A stretch of 64,000 bases of DNA, taken from assembly GCA_041484445.1 (NCBI GenBank), contig JBGPHP010000001.1:4150-68149 (forward strand). The letters are read 5' to 3'. Shown piece after piece: positions 45,376 to 54,314 of the stretch (position 1 is the stretch's first letter; each line of letters begins with the position of its first letter). Below the pieces are notes generated by a model. The model was not told where the DNA came from and searched no databases. It was given only the letters and a program-made list of their open reading frames with translations. Origin of the DNA: Gemmatimonadota bacterium. GTDB lineage: Bacteria > Gemmatimonadota > Gemmatimonadetes > Gemmatimonadales > GWC2-71-9. The position numbers and the translations under genes are program-made.

Positions 45376-47853
45376 ATGCGCGATTTCGTCCTCGACTCGC
45401 TGGCCAAAGCAACGCTGCTGCTCGGCGCCGCGGGCCTGGTCACCCTGGCGTGGCGTGCGGCCGCGCCGCGGCACTTCGTCTGGACGCTCGGACTCACCGG
45501 CGCCCTGGTCCTCCCGGCGGCCAGGCTGTTCGGGCCGGCGTGGCGCGTGCCGGTGTTCCCGGCACCCGCGCTGATGGCGGAGCCGGCGCCGCCGGCGCCC
45601 GGCGTGAATGATCCCGCGACGACGACCGTCGCCGGACCGCTGCCTGCTGTCACCAGCGCCACGGCCTCGATCGTGGCGGCGGCACCCGCAGCCGCACGCC
45701 CGAGGCTCGGCCCGTGGCTGATCGCCGTCTGGCTCGTCGGGATGGCGCTCGTGCTCGGAGCGTACATGGCCGGCGCCTGGCGCGTGGCGCGGATCGCGCG
45801 CCGCGCCCACCCCATCCAGTCGCGGGACTGGCTCGAGCTCCTGGCCTCCATCGCCGCCCAACTGGGGCTGCGCACGCCGGTGCAGCTGCTCGCCGCAGCG
45901 GGTCCCGCGATGCCGATGACCTGGGGCATCAGGCGGCCGGTCGTCCTGCTCCCGGCCGACGCGGAGCAGTGGTCCGCCGAGCGCCGCCGGGACGTCCTAC
46001 TCCACGAGCTGGCCCATGTCGAGCGGCGCGATTGCCTGACGCAGCTCCTCGCCGTCTGCGCCTGCGCCGCGTACTGGTTCCATCCGCTCGTGTGGGTTGC
46101 CGCGGCGCGGCTGCGCATCGAACGCGAGCGCGCCTGCGACGACCGGGTCCTCGCCGGCGGCGCCAAGCCGTCCGACTATGCCGGGCATCTGCTCGACATC
46201 GCGCGCACGTTGCGGGCGGCGCCGGTCACCGGACTCGCCAGTGTCGCCATGGCCCGGCCGTCGCAGCTCGGCAGCCGCCTCCTCGACGTGCTCGATCCCG
46301 CGCGGCGTCGCGACGCGTTGAACCGCCGGCTGGTGGTCCCCAGCGCTCTCGCCGCAGCCCTCGTCGTGCTGCCGCTCGCCGTCCTGCGTCCCACGCGCCT
46401 GTCGGCGCATCAGGCGGCCCGGACGACGCTGCCGTGGACCTCGAGTGACGATCCGCAGGAAACCCTGCAGGCGGTGCATCGCGCGATGGCGCAGGAGCCT
46501 GCGCTCCACCATCCAACCCCCGATTCGAGCGGGTGCCAGCCGCGTTCGTCCCGCAACAGCTCCGGCAGCACCAGCAGCTCCAGCACCTCCAGCGAACACA
46601 GCACGGGGCACCGCACACAGCTGCTGTACAAGACCGGCAGCTGCTCGCTGGAGCTCGTGGCGGAGGGGGGATTCCACTTCACGACCGACTACACCGACAT
46701 CTCCCAGATCGATGCCGGCGGCTCGGTCGTGCTGGAGCGACGCGACGGCAACCAGGAGCGCCGCGTGGAGATGCGACCCGGTTCGGGCGGTGTGGCGCAC
46801 CGCTGGTTCGTGGACGACACCGAGCGTCCCTACGATGCCGAGGCCCGCGCCTGGCTCACCGCGACGCTCACGGAGCTGCTGCGCCGGACGGGATATGCCG
46901 GCGAAGCGCGCAGCCGCTGGATCCTGCAGACCCGCGGGCAGGACGCCCTGTTCCAGGAGATCACCCAGATCTCGGGGGATTACGCGAAGCGCCTCTACTA
47001 TCAGGAGCTCGTGGCCGATGGCCGGTTGGATCCAGCCGGCGTCGCGAGAGTCGTGACACAGGCGGGGAGCGAGATCTCCAGCGACTATGACCTGGCGGAG
47101 ATCCTGGTGCTCGTGGCGGCCCGCTACCCATTGAGCGAGCCCTCCCGCACCGCCTTCGTGACCGCGGCCGATCACATCCAGTCCGATTATGACCGCCACC
47201 GGGTGCTCGCGGTGGTGCTGGCCGGGAAGAGCCTGCCCGATGAGCTCGCGACCGCCGTCCTGGGGTCAGCCGGTCATATCGAGTCGGACTACGACCTCGC
47301 CGAAGTGCTCATCGTGCTCATCCAGAAACACCCGATCACGGCGGCGATGAGCCCCGCGTTTTTCCAGGCCGTAAACGGCATCGAGTCCGATTACGACCGC
47401 CGTCGCGTCCTGGCGACGCTCCTCGCGCAACGCGAGACGCCGCCGGCGCTGGTCGCCGCCGCCCTCACGTCGGCGGGACAGATCTCGTCGGATTACGATC
47501 GGGCGGAGCTGCTGGTGCAGGTGGCCGAGGGCCCCGGCGTGGATGAAACCTCGCGGAGCCCTTTCTTCGCGGCGGCCGACGGCATCGGCTCGGACTACGA
47601 CCACGCCCGGGTGCTGACGGCCTTGAGCGAGCACGCGGGCCTGGCCGAGTCCGCGGCGGCGGCCGTGATCGCCTCCGCTCGTCGCATCGGCTCGGCCTAC
47701 GATTGCGCCAACGTGCTGGTCGCGGTCGCGCAGCACCTGCGCCTCACGAGCGCGTTGCGACAGGCCTACATCGAGGCGGCGAACCAGATCGGCTCCGAAT
47801 CGGACCGTAACCGCGCTCTCGCCGCCCTGGCAGGCAGCTCGCAGCTCGACTGA
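45376..47853 (+). CDS. BlaR1-like M56 sensor-peptidase with a long C-terminal extension (Ser-rich linker, ~110-aa domain, 34-aa repeat array)
   Basis: 825 aa. M56 motif LLHELAHVERRD. Linker SSRNSSGSTSSSSTSSEHS. C-terminal SDYD repeats. Confidence 0.88.
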   Translation: MRDFVLDSLAKATLLLGAAGLVTLAWRAAAPRHFVWTLGLTGALVLPAARLFGPAWRVPVFPAPALMAEPAPPAPGVNDPATTTVAGPLPAVTSATASIVAAAPAAARPRLGPWLIAVWLVGMALVLGAYMAGAWRVARIARRAHPIQSRDWLELLASIAAQLGLRTPVQLLAAAGPAMPMTWGIRRPVVLLPADAEQWSAERRRDVLLHELAHVERRDCLTQLLAVCACAAYWFHPLVWVAAARLRIERERACDDRVLAGGAKPSDYAGHLLDIARTLRAAPVTGLASVAMARPSQLGSRLLDVLDPARRRDALNRRLVVPSALAAALVVLPLAVLRPTRLSAHQAARTTLPWTSSDDPQETLQAVHRAMAQEPALHHPTPDSSGCQPRSSRNSSGSTSSSSTSSEHSTGHRTQLLYKTGSCSLELVAEGGFHFTTDYTDISQIDAGGSVVLERRDGNQERRVEMRPGSGGVAHRWFVDDTERPYDAEARAWLTATLTELLRRTGYAGEARSRWILQTRGQDALFQEITQISGDYAKRLYYQELVADGRLDPAGVARVVTQAGSEISSDYDLAEILVLVAARYPLSEPSRTAFVTAADHIQSDYDRHRVLAVVLAGKSLPDELATAVLGSAGHIESDYDLAEVLIVLIQKHPITAAMSPAFFQAVNGIESDYDRRRVLATLLAQRETPPALVAAALTSAGQISSDYDRAELLVQVAEGPGVDETSRSPFFAAADGIGSDYDHARVLTALSEHAGLAESAAAAVIASARRIGSAYDCANVLVAVAQHLRLTSALRQAYIEAANQIGSESDRNRALAALAGSSQLD
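46969..47850 (+). repeat. Protein-level tandem array: one 35-aa, seven exact 34-aa and one truncated repeat (I.SDYD...VL...)
   Basis: Repeats start ISGDYAK, ISSDYDLAEIL, IQSDYDRHRVL, IESDYDLAEVL, IESDYDRRRVL, ISSDYDRAELL, IGSDYDHARVL, IGSAYDCANVL and IGSESDRNRAL. The summed lengths (294 aa) run exactly to the stop codon. Confidence 0.85.
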
Positions 47854-47854
47854 T

Positions 47855-49267
47855 TCAGACGATCGGGCCGAACTGGCCCTTGCTGGGCTCCGCTCAGCAA
47901 AACCAGGGCTCGGTGAGCCGCGCCGATCGACGCCGCGCACGGGGCGTCGCGCCGACGCGGGGCTCGGGCCCGGGTCGGTCGGCAAGTGCTGCCGCGGCGG
48001 CGCGGATCCGCTCGAGTGTCACGCCAGCGTCCGCGGCGCGCTCGGCGGCCTCTTCCACCAGCCGGCTCACCACCCCATACAGGCGGTCCATGCGCGGATC
48101 GGGGTGCGTCCAGCGATACGTCAGCGCGGTCTCGTCCAGCTCCCCCAGGTGCTCGCGCATCCACGGCTTCGCGAGCAGCGCGGAACCCGGCGGCACGAGC
48201 AACCGGATGGCGTATTGGATCGGATCGACCTGATCGATCAACCCCTCGGCGACGGTCACGTCCAGCATGTCCAGGTAATCGTCGAACGTCGTCCACGGGG
48301 TGAACGCGACGAACGAAGGCCGCAGCGCGATGGCGGCATCCCGCGTGATGCCGAGCGCAGTGAACACGTCGGCGCGCGTGTGTCCTTTCTCCAGCCGGGC
48401 CAGGACGACGTCGCTGAACGATTCGACCGCCGACACGATGAACAGGCATCCGAGGGCGGCGAGCTCGGGGAGCATGGTACGATGCCGCACCAGATGCTCG
48501 ATCTTGGCCGTAATGTCGAACGTCACCTCGGGGAAATCCGCGTGCAGCGCCCGGGTCACGCGCAACGCATGCCCGGGCCCGTTCAGAAAATCGGGGTCAC
48601 CGAAGGTGATGTGACGCGCGCCCGACTCCACCTGTTGCCGGATGTCCGCCAGCACCACCGGAGCGGGCACCGCGAAGAAACGCCCGTCATAGACCGGCGG
48701 GATGGGACAATGGAGGCAATGATGCAGGCACCCCCGGGTCGACTCGACGTATCCCGCGGAGACCAGCTGTCCGTCCCGCTCGAGCCGGGCATACCCCGGT
48801 GAGCCGGGGGCCCTCGTCCGGCGCGGGAGCGGGAAGTCGAGACGCGCGAGCAGCGGGCGGGACGCGCCGGCAGTCGCCTGTCGTTCTCCCCGACTCACCT
48901 GCTCGACGAGCGAGACCAGCGCCTGCTCGAGCTCGCCACCGAGCACCGCGTGCCCCCGACCGGCCAGCAGGTAGGCGGCGTTCAGTGTGGCGTAGAGTCC
49001 GTAGAAACAAATGAACGCATCGGGATTGAGGACGTGGATACGCTCCGCCGCTCGCACGCCGAGGCGGAGCGCCGTATGCATCGGGACCGAGATGCCGACG
49101 AAGCGTGCCCGGCGCACCGCCGCTTCATCGAGGGGCTCGACGGCGAGATCGATCTGCGCCGGTCGAAACCCGGCGCGCTCGAGGAAAGCGGCGGGCCAGG
49201 CTGTGCCGAGCGGCCGGTGCCCCAGCTCGTAGCACGAAACGAGAAGAACCTCGCCCGGAGCCCGCAT
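47855..49267 (-). CDS. B12-binding-domain radical SAM protein, probable selenoprotein (C-U-A-E-P tail; in-frame TGA at 47894-47896)
   Basis: CX3CX2C motif GCLHHCLHC. The track ORF ends ...LTEPWFC at a TGA. Read-through gives U-A-E-P-SKGQFGPIV and a second TGA at 47855-47857. Confidence 0.7.
47865..47879 (-). promoter_or_regulatory. Candidate bacterial SECIS hairpin (GGGCC-AGUUC-GGCCC)
   Basis: The stem starts 14 nt after the UGA, placing the apical loop 19 nt downstream. The loop contains GU. The stem is only 5 bp, so this is tentative. Confidence 0.4.
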
Positions 49268-49290
49268 CGCCGAATCTGAAGGGCCGAGCC

Positions 49291-50979
49291 CTATTGCCGG
49301 CAGGGCGCGGTCGGATCGGGTTTCGGGTGATCCACCACGATGCGATGATCGAGGTCCGCGACGTGGAGCGCGATATCGGCCACGAAGCTCGCGACGCGGG
49401 CCATATGGTCGTAGTCGATGTACTCCGGCTCGTCGGTCACCTGGTGGTAGTCCGAGTGCAGGCCCGTCGTGAAGAACGTGATGGGGATGCCGTAGCGCGC
49501 GTAGGAATAGTGATCGCTGCGGCAGTAGATGTTGGACGGATGGCCGTCGGCGTCGATCGCGTAGTCGAGCGTCAGACCGTGGTGGCCCTGCGTGTTCACC
49601 GTCTCGATCAGGTTACCCAGCTCGGTCGACAGGCGGCGCGACCCGACGAGCTGCAGGTAGGTCGGCGTGCCGCGAATCGCCGTGCCCTCCTTGGTACGTC
49701 CCGTTTCGTCGGCCGCGTCGCCGCGACCGATCATGTCCATGTTGAGCTGCGCCACGATCGAGTCGCGTGACACGGTCGGGTGATCGGTGAAGAACCGGGA
49801 GCCGAGCAGCCCCTTCTCCTCGCCGGTGTGCCAGACGAACAGGATCGACCGTTTCGGCTTGCGCGGCATCGAGACGATGTGCTCGGCCACTTCGAGGGCG
49901 GACACGGTCCCCGATCCGTCGTCGTCGGCGCCGTTGGAGATCGAGTCGACCCGCGTGCTGCCCGGGTGCGCGGCGCGGAATGCCGCGAGCAGCGAGTCCA
50001 CCGTCACCTGTTGCGCCGGCGTCGCCTGCTTGCCGCCGTCGTCGGCCCCCTCGGGACGCACGACGTGGTTCCAGATGCGGATCGAGTCGTGGTCCACGGG
50101 CCGGGCCAGGCCGATGTGATCGTTGTGCGCGCCGATCGCCACGAATTCGCCCTTCAGCTTCGGGTCGCTGCCCGGGACGATGGCGACGACGTTCCGCGCC
50201 GGATCGGCGATCGCGGTGACGGTGTAGCGCACGTCGACCGCCGCGCCGGCGCCGGTCGCGCCCAGCGTGAGCGAGTCGAACCGCGTGCTGAACATCTTCG
50301 CCGCCGCGGCCTGCGAAATGAGGATGATCGTCGGCTGCGATTGGCCCGGCGGGTTGTCGTCCAGGAACATCTGCGGCCGCCGCAGGAATCCCGTGAACTG
50401 GGGCGGCAGGCTGTCGAGGCCGAGCAGCGCCACGCCCCAGGCCCCTTCGATCGTCGGCGCGCGACGGAGCGCCCGCAGCGAATTGAGCCCGCCGGTCGTG
50501 AGGACGACGAGCTTGCCGGCCACCTGTGCCGCCGGCAGCTGGTGGGCTGAATCTCCCATCATCCCGCCGAAGACGATCGGCACTGATGCAGTGCTCGAGG
50601 GCTGGCGGGTGAGCGGCAGGTATTCGGTGAACAGGGCGAGCGGGGCGCCCGCCACCGTGAAGGTCGATGTCGTGTCGAAACTGCGCGTCTTGAGCGGGAT
50701 CGTCTGAAAGTAGGTGCCGCTGTCGCCGGCGGGTTGCAGCCCCATGCGCCGCAGCTCGGCGGCGATGTAGCTCGTCGCCTTGACGTTGCCGGCCGTTCCC
50801 GCCTCACGACCCATCATCGAGTCGTCCGCGTAGACATAGAGCCGGCTCATCAAGTCCGCCGCCGTAATCGCCGAGGTCGTGGGCTGGGCCGCGCGCTTCA
50901 CTGGCAGCGAGCTCTGCGCCCGCACCGGCAGGGCCGCGAGTAACCCGATGAGAGGAAGGAACAGGACGCGGTTACGCAT
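49291..50979 (-). CDS. M28 family aminopeptidase with a PA domain, secreted
   Basis: Signal peptide MRNRVLFLPLIGLLAALPVRAQ. Zinc-ligand motifs GAHNDHIG, DDDGSGTV and GEEKGLLGS. Confidence 0.9.
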   Translation of the reverse strand: MRNRVLFLPLIGLLAALPVRAQSSLPVKRAAQPTTSAITAADLMSRLYVYADDSMMGREAGTAGNVKATSYIAAELRRMGLQPAGDSGTYFQTIPLKTRSFDTTSTFTVAGAPLALFTEYLPLTRQPSSTASVPIVFGGMMGDSAHQLPAAQVAGKLVVLTTGGLNSLRALRRAPTIEGAWGVALLGLDSLPPQFTGFLRRPQMFLDDNPPGQSQPTIILISQAAAAKMFSTRFDSLTLGATGAGAAVDVRYTVTAIADPARNVVAIVPGSDPKLKGEFVAIGAHNDHIGLARPVDHDSIRIWNHVVRPEGADDGGKQATPAQQVTVDSLLAAFRAAHPGSTRVDSISNGADDDGSGTVSALEVAEHIVSMPRKPKRSILFVWHTGEEKGLLGSRFFTDHPTVSRDSIVAQLNMDMIGRGDAADETGRTKEGTAIRGTPTYLQLVGSRRLSTELGNLIETVNTQGHHGLTLDYAIDADGHPSNIYCRSDHYSYARYGIPITFFTTGLHSDYHQVTDEPEYIDYDHMARVASFVADIALHVADLDHRIVVDHPKPDPTAPCRQ

Positions 50980-51109
50980 GAGACCTCCGGAGGCGGACAG
51001 AAGGATCAGGGAAACGGATGGGGCACCAACCCCCTATACGATCGTCAGCCGCGCAACGTTGCGGGAAGCCCCCCCGCAAACCCTATATTGGGCCGGCCTT
51101 CGAGGCTCC

Positions 51110-52198
51110 ATGAACCGCCCCAAAGATCCGGAACACCCGCCCGCCGGCGATTCGCGTCGCGTCGGTCCCGACGTCCTCCGCGCCGTGGCCATCCTCCTGG
51201 TGGTCGTGATCCACACGGCCTCGAGCGTCGTCAATGCCGGACCGGCCCAGGGGCTTGGGCGCTGGTGGGCCGGCGATCTGTTCGACAGCTTCGCCCGCGT
51301 CGGCGTGCCGTTGTTCGTGCTCCTCTCCGGCTGGATGCTGCTCACCCCCGAACGACGCCACGAGCCCATCGCCTCGTTCCTGTGGCGTCGCGGACAGCGG
51401 ATCGTCCTGCCGCTCGTCACCTGGTCGGCGCTGGCGTACGCCTGGTTGGCGCTGCGCGATCACCGCCCGGTCGCGTGGGTGCGGTTCGGACGCGACCTCC
51501 TCAACGGCCCCGTGTACTTCCACCTGTGGTACGTGTACATCCTGCTCGGCTTGTACCTGGCGGTCCCGCTCGTGCGGCCGCTCGCCGCCGAATCCTCCCG
51601 GCCGCTGCGGTGGTACACGCTGGGGCTCTGGTTCGTGGGAACGGCCTTGCTGCCGCTGTGGGAATGGTGGGGAGGACCCCACGTGGGGATTCCCGTGCTG
51701 GTGGTCAGCACGTACGTGGGCTACCTGCTCGCCGGGACGTGGCTGGCCGGGACGCCGGTGACGCCACGCGCGCGCTGGCAGCTCCTGCTGCTCATCGCAC
51801 TCACCGGGGCGTGGACAGCGGCGGCGACCGCCCGCCTGACGGGAGGCGAAGAGATGAACGTGGCGCTGTACGCCTACGATCGACCGAACGTGGTGGTGAT
51901 GAGCGTGGCGCTGTTCGTGCTGCTGACGCAGCCGGAGCCCGCAGCCTGGACATCGCGTCACCCCAAGACTCTGGGGATCATCCGGACCGTGGCGGCGACG
52001 AGCTTCGGCGTCTACCTCTTGCATCCGCTGCTGCTCGATGTCCTGGGCAGCGGAGTGCTCGGCTACCGGCTGACGGCCGCCACGCTTCACCCGATCATCG
52101 GCATTCCGCTGTTGTCGGTTGCGGTGCTGGCGGTGTCGGTAGCGCTGATGCTCGTCCTGCGCCGTATCCCGTTCCTCGGCAGAGCCCTGGGCGCCTGA
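51110..52198 (+). CDS. Acyltransferase family 3 (membrane O-acyltransferase)
   Basis: ATG at 51110 (MNRPKDPEH...). LRAVAILLVVVIHTAS and about 10 hydrophobic spans. Confidence 0.85.
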   Translation: MNRPKDPEHPPAGDSRRVGPDVLRAVAILLVVVIHTASSVVNAGPAQGLGRWWAGDLFDSFARVGVPLFVLLSGWMLLTPERRHEPIASFLWRRGQRIVLPLVTWSALAYAWLALRDHRPVAWVRFGRDLLNGPVYFHLWYVYILLGLYLAVPLVRPLAAESSRPLRWYTLGLWFVGTALLPLWEWWGGPHVGIPVLVVSTYVGYLLAGTWLAGTPVTPRARWQLLLLIALTGAWTAAATARLTGGEEMNVALYAYDRPNVVVMSVALFVLLTQPEPAAWTSRHPKTLGIIRTVAATSFGVYLLHPLLLDVLGSGVLGYRLTAATLHPIIGIPLLSVAVLAVSVALMLVLRRIPFLGRALGA

Positions 52199-52214
52199 GC
52201 GCCACGGCGATCGA

Positions 52215-52718
52215 TCAGCGCCGGTGGGTGACGGTCGTCGAGTCGAGTGTCGCTCCCGCGGCGTGATGGTCGCCGCGTTGCGCGGCCAGGAACTCGTGAA
52301 TCGCCTGCAACGCCGTGGAGTCGCGGGTCGTAATGCGCACCGCCCCACCCCCGGGGAGGGTGTCCATCCGATAGGTGATCGCGGCTCGGCGCTCGCGCAT
52401 CACCGCGGTCCCGGGGAGCGTATGCTGGTGTACCATCATGGTATGGCCGAAGTCACCAGCGGCGAAGGCGCGGGCGATCTCGGCGAGGTGTGCGCGGATC
52501 GCGCGTACGCCGGCCGTGTCTTCCGGCGATCGGGTCAGCACGATCCGGCCGCCGTCGGCCAGATCGTCGAAGCAATGCACACTCGTGTATTGGTCGACCC
52601 CCATCACCATCTTCCCGCGCTGCTGTAGGGCGGCGAACCCCGTGTCGGGGGGCGTCTGGGCAGGGAGTCGCCCGGCCAGTACGACCAGCAACAGCATGAC
52701 CGGCAATCGCGTCTGCAT
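52215..52718 (-). CDS. Secreted hypothetical protein
   Basis: 167 aa with signal peptide MQTRLPVMLLLVVLAGRLPAQ. No family recognised. Confidence 0.6.
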   Translation of the reverse strand: MQTRLPVMLLLVVLAGRLPAQTPPDTGFAALQQRGKMVMGVDQYTSVHCFDDLADGGRIVLTRSPEDTAGVRAIRAHLAEIARAFAAGDFGHTMMVHQHTLPGTAVMRERRAAITYRMDTLPGGGAVRITTRDSTALQAIHEFLAAQRGDHHAAGATLDSTTVTHRR

Positions 52719-52807
52719 AGTGTCTCCTCATCAGGTGGTCCCAGCAGCGCGTAGGTTACGGTATCCGTCGGCTGACCGCAGGAACAACGGTTCCAGGCCT
52801 GGTGCTC

Positions 52808-53482
52808 ATGCTCGACATTCGTACGATGCGACGAATCCCGACGTTCGCGGCACTTGCGCCCCCGGCCCTGCGCGAGCTCGCAGCGCGCGGGGTCGAGCGC
52901 CGCTACGCGACGCGCCAGACGCTGTTTCGCGCCGGCCACCCATCCCCGGGAATGTTTCTCGTGGTCGAAGGCCGAGTGCGCGTCGTCCGAGACGGGGCCG
53001 ACCGGCGGCAGGTGGTGCACACGGAAGGACCGGGAGCCACGCTCGGAGAAGTCCCGCTGTTCGACGGGGGCGTGTTGCCGGCGACGGCCGTTGCACTGCT
53101 GCCCACCCGCTGCCTCGTCTTCACGCTGGGGGCGATCGAGGCGGCGATCGGGCAGGACCCGCGGCTCGCACTGCTGCTGCTGGGCCAGCTGTCGCGCCGC
53201 GTGCGGCAGCTCGTGCTGCGGCTCGACCGGTTGTCGTTTCAGAGTGTTCGCGCCCGGCTGGCCGACTATCTGCTCAGTCGCTCGAGCGCCGCGACGAAGC
53301 ACGTCGTTTCGTTCGAGGGGACGCAGACCGACCTCGCCGAGGAGCTGGGCACGGTGCGGGAGGTGCTCGTGCGGGAGCTGCGGCACCTGCGACGTGAGGG
53401 CGTGATCCGAGCAACCGGGCGAGACGGTTATCAGCTGCTGGACGCCGGTAAACTGCGGCAGCTCGTCGCCGGCTCGCAGTGA
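52808..53482 (+). CDS. Crp/Fnr family transcriptional regulator
   Basis: cNMP-binding-like domain (FRAGHPSPGMFLVVEGRVRV) and C-terminal HTH (TQTDLAEELGTVREVLVRELRHLRREGVI). Start options are 52802 (GTG), 52808 and 52826. Confidence 0.85.
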   Translation: MLDIRTMRRIPTFAALAPPALRELAARGVERRYATRQTLFRAGHPSPGMFLVVEGRVRVVRDGADRRQVVHTEGPGATLGEVPLFDGGVLPATAVALLPTRCLVFTLGAIEAAIGQDPRLALLLLGQLSRRVRQLVLRLDRLSFQSVRARLADYLLSRSSAATKHVVSFEGTQTDLAEELGTVREVLVRELRHLRREGVIRATGRDGYQLLDAGKLRQLVAGSQ

Positions 53483-53486
53483 CCCG

Positions 53487-54314
53487 CTACGGCTGAGCGC
53501 CCTCGCCTGCGGTCGGGTGGAACTCGGCCGCGACACCGAGGAACGTGGCGGCGGCGACGAGCGCCGCCGGCGTCGTCCTCTTCCTGAGCTGGACGCGATA
53601 GGTCATCACGCTCCGGTTGTCCACGCCCGCGTCGCGCTGGGCCAGCCGCCAGTGCTTCACGTGCTGGCCGAGGGCGGTTTCGAGCCGCTCTTGTCCGGCG
53701 CGATCCGCCTGCACCACCAGGGTGCCGTGCGCCCCTTCGGGGTGGGCGATGCGAAACTCGCGGGTGAAGGTCGGACCCGGCTCCCCCGCATAGATGTCCC
53801 CGACGTTGAGGGCCCAGAGCGCCAGCACGGTGGCGTTGAAGAGACCACTCACCACGAAGCCTAGCTCGAGCGCCTGGACGCCCGCCGCCAACCCCACCGC
53901 GATGGCGAGGAAGATGTACACCGCGTCCTTCGTATCCTTGAGCGTGTTGCGAAACCGCACCGCCGCCGCGAGCCCGGCGAGGCTGAACGCCAGCGCGAGG
54001 CTGTTGCGCACCAGGGCGGCGATGCCGGCGACCGCCAGCGGCAGCAGGATCACCGTCTGCACCACCGACGGATCCCAGCGCTGCCGCCGCTTGGTCAGCA
54101 TGTAGACCCAGGCCACGGGGATCACGAGGGCCACCGCGCCGACCATCGCGAGCGCGACGGCGAGCGCCCCACGGTGCGACGCCGTCTCGCCTTCGGCCAC
54201 GGACACGGCCGCCCGGACCGCGGGCGACACACGCTCCAGGGCGAGCGTCGCGGCGACGAGGACGGCGTAGTAGAGCAGCAGCCGGAAGAGGGAGCGATTC
54301 GCCGGGTCGGGCAT
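53487..54314 (-). CDS. DUF4956-like membrane protein
   Basis: ATG at 54314 (MPDPANRSLFRLLLYYAV...). 4-5 TM segments. RFRNTLKDTKDAVYIFLAIAVGLAAG. The start overlaps the upstream stop (TGATG). The upstream 222 codons of the track ORF are shadow. Confidence 0.65.
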   Translation of the reverse strand: MPDPANRSLFRLLLYYAVLVAATLALERVSPAVRAAVSVAEGETASHRGALAVALAMVGAVALVIPVAWVYMLTKRRQRWDPSVVQTVILLPLAVAGIAALVRNSLALAFSLAGLAAAVRFRNTLKDTKDAVYIFLAIAVGLAAGVQALELGFVVSGLFNATVLALWALNVGDIYAGEPGPTFTREFRIAHPEGAHGTLVVQADRAGQERLETALGQHVKHWRLAQRDAGVDNRSVMTYRVQLRKRTTPAALVAAATFLGVAAEFHPTAGEGAQP

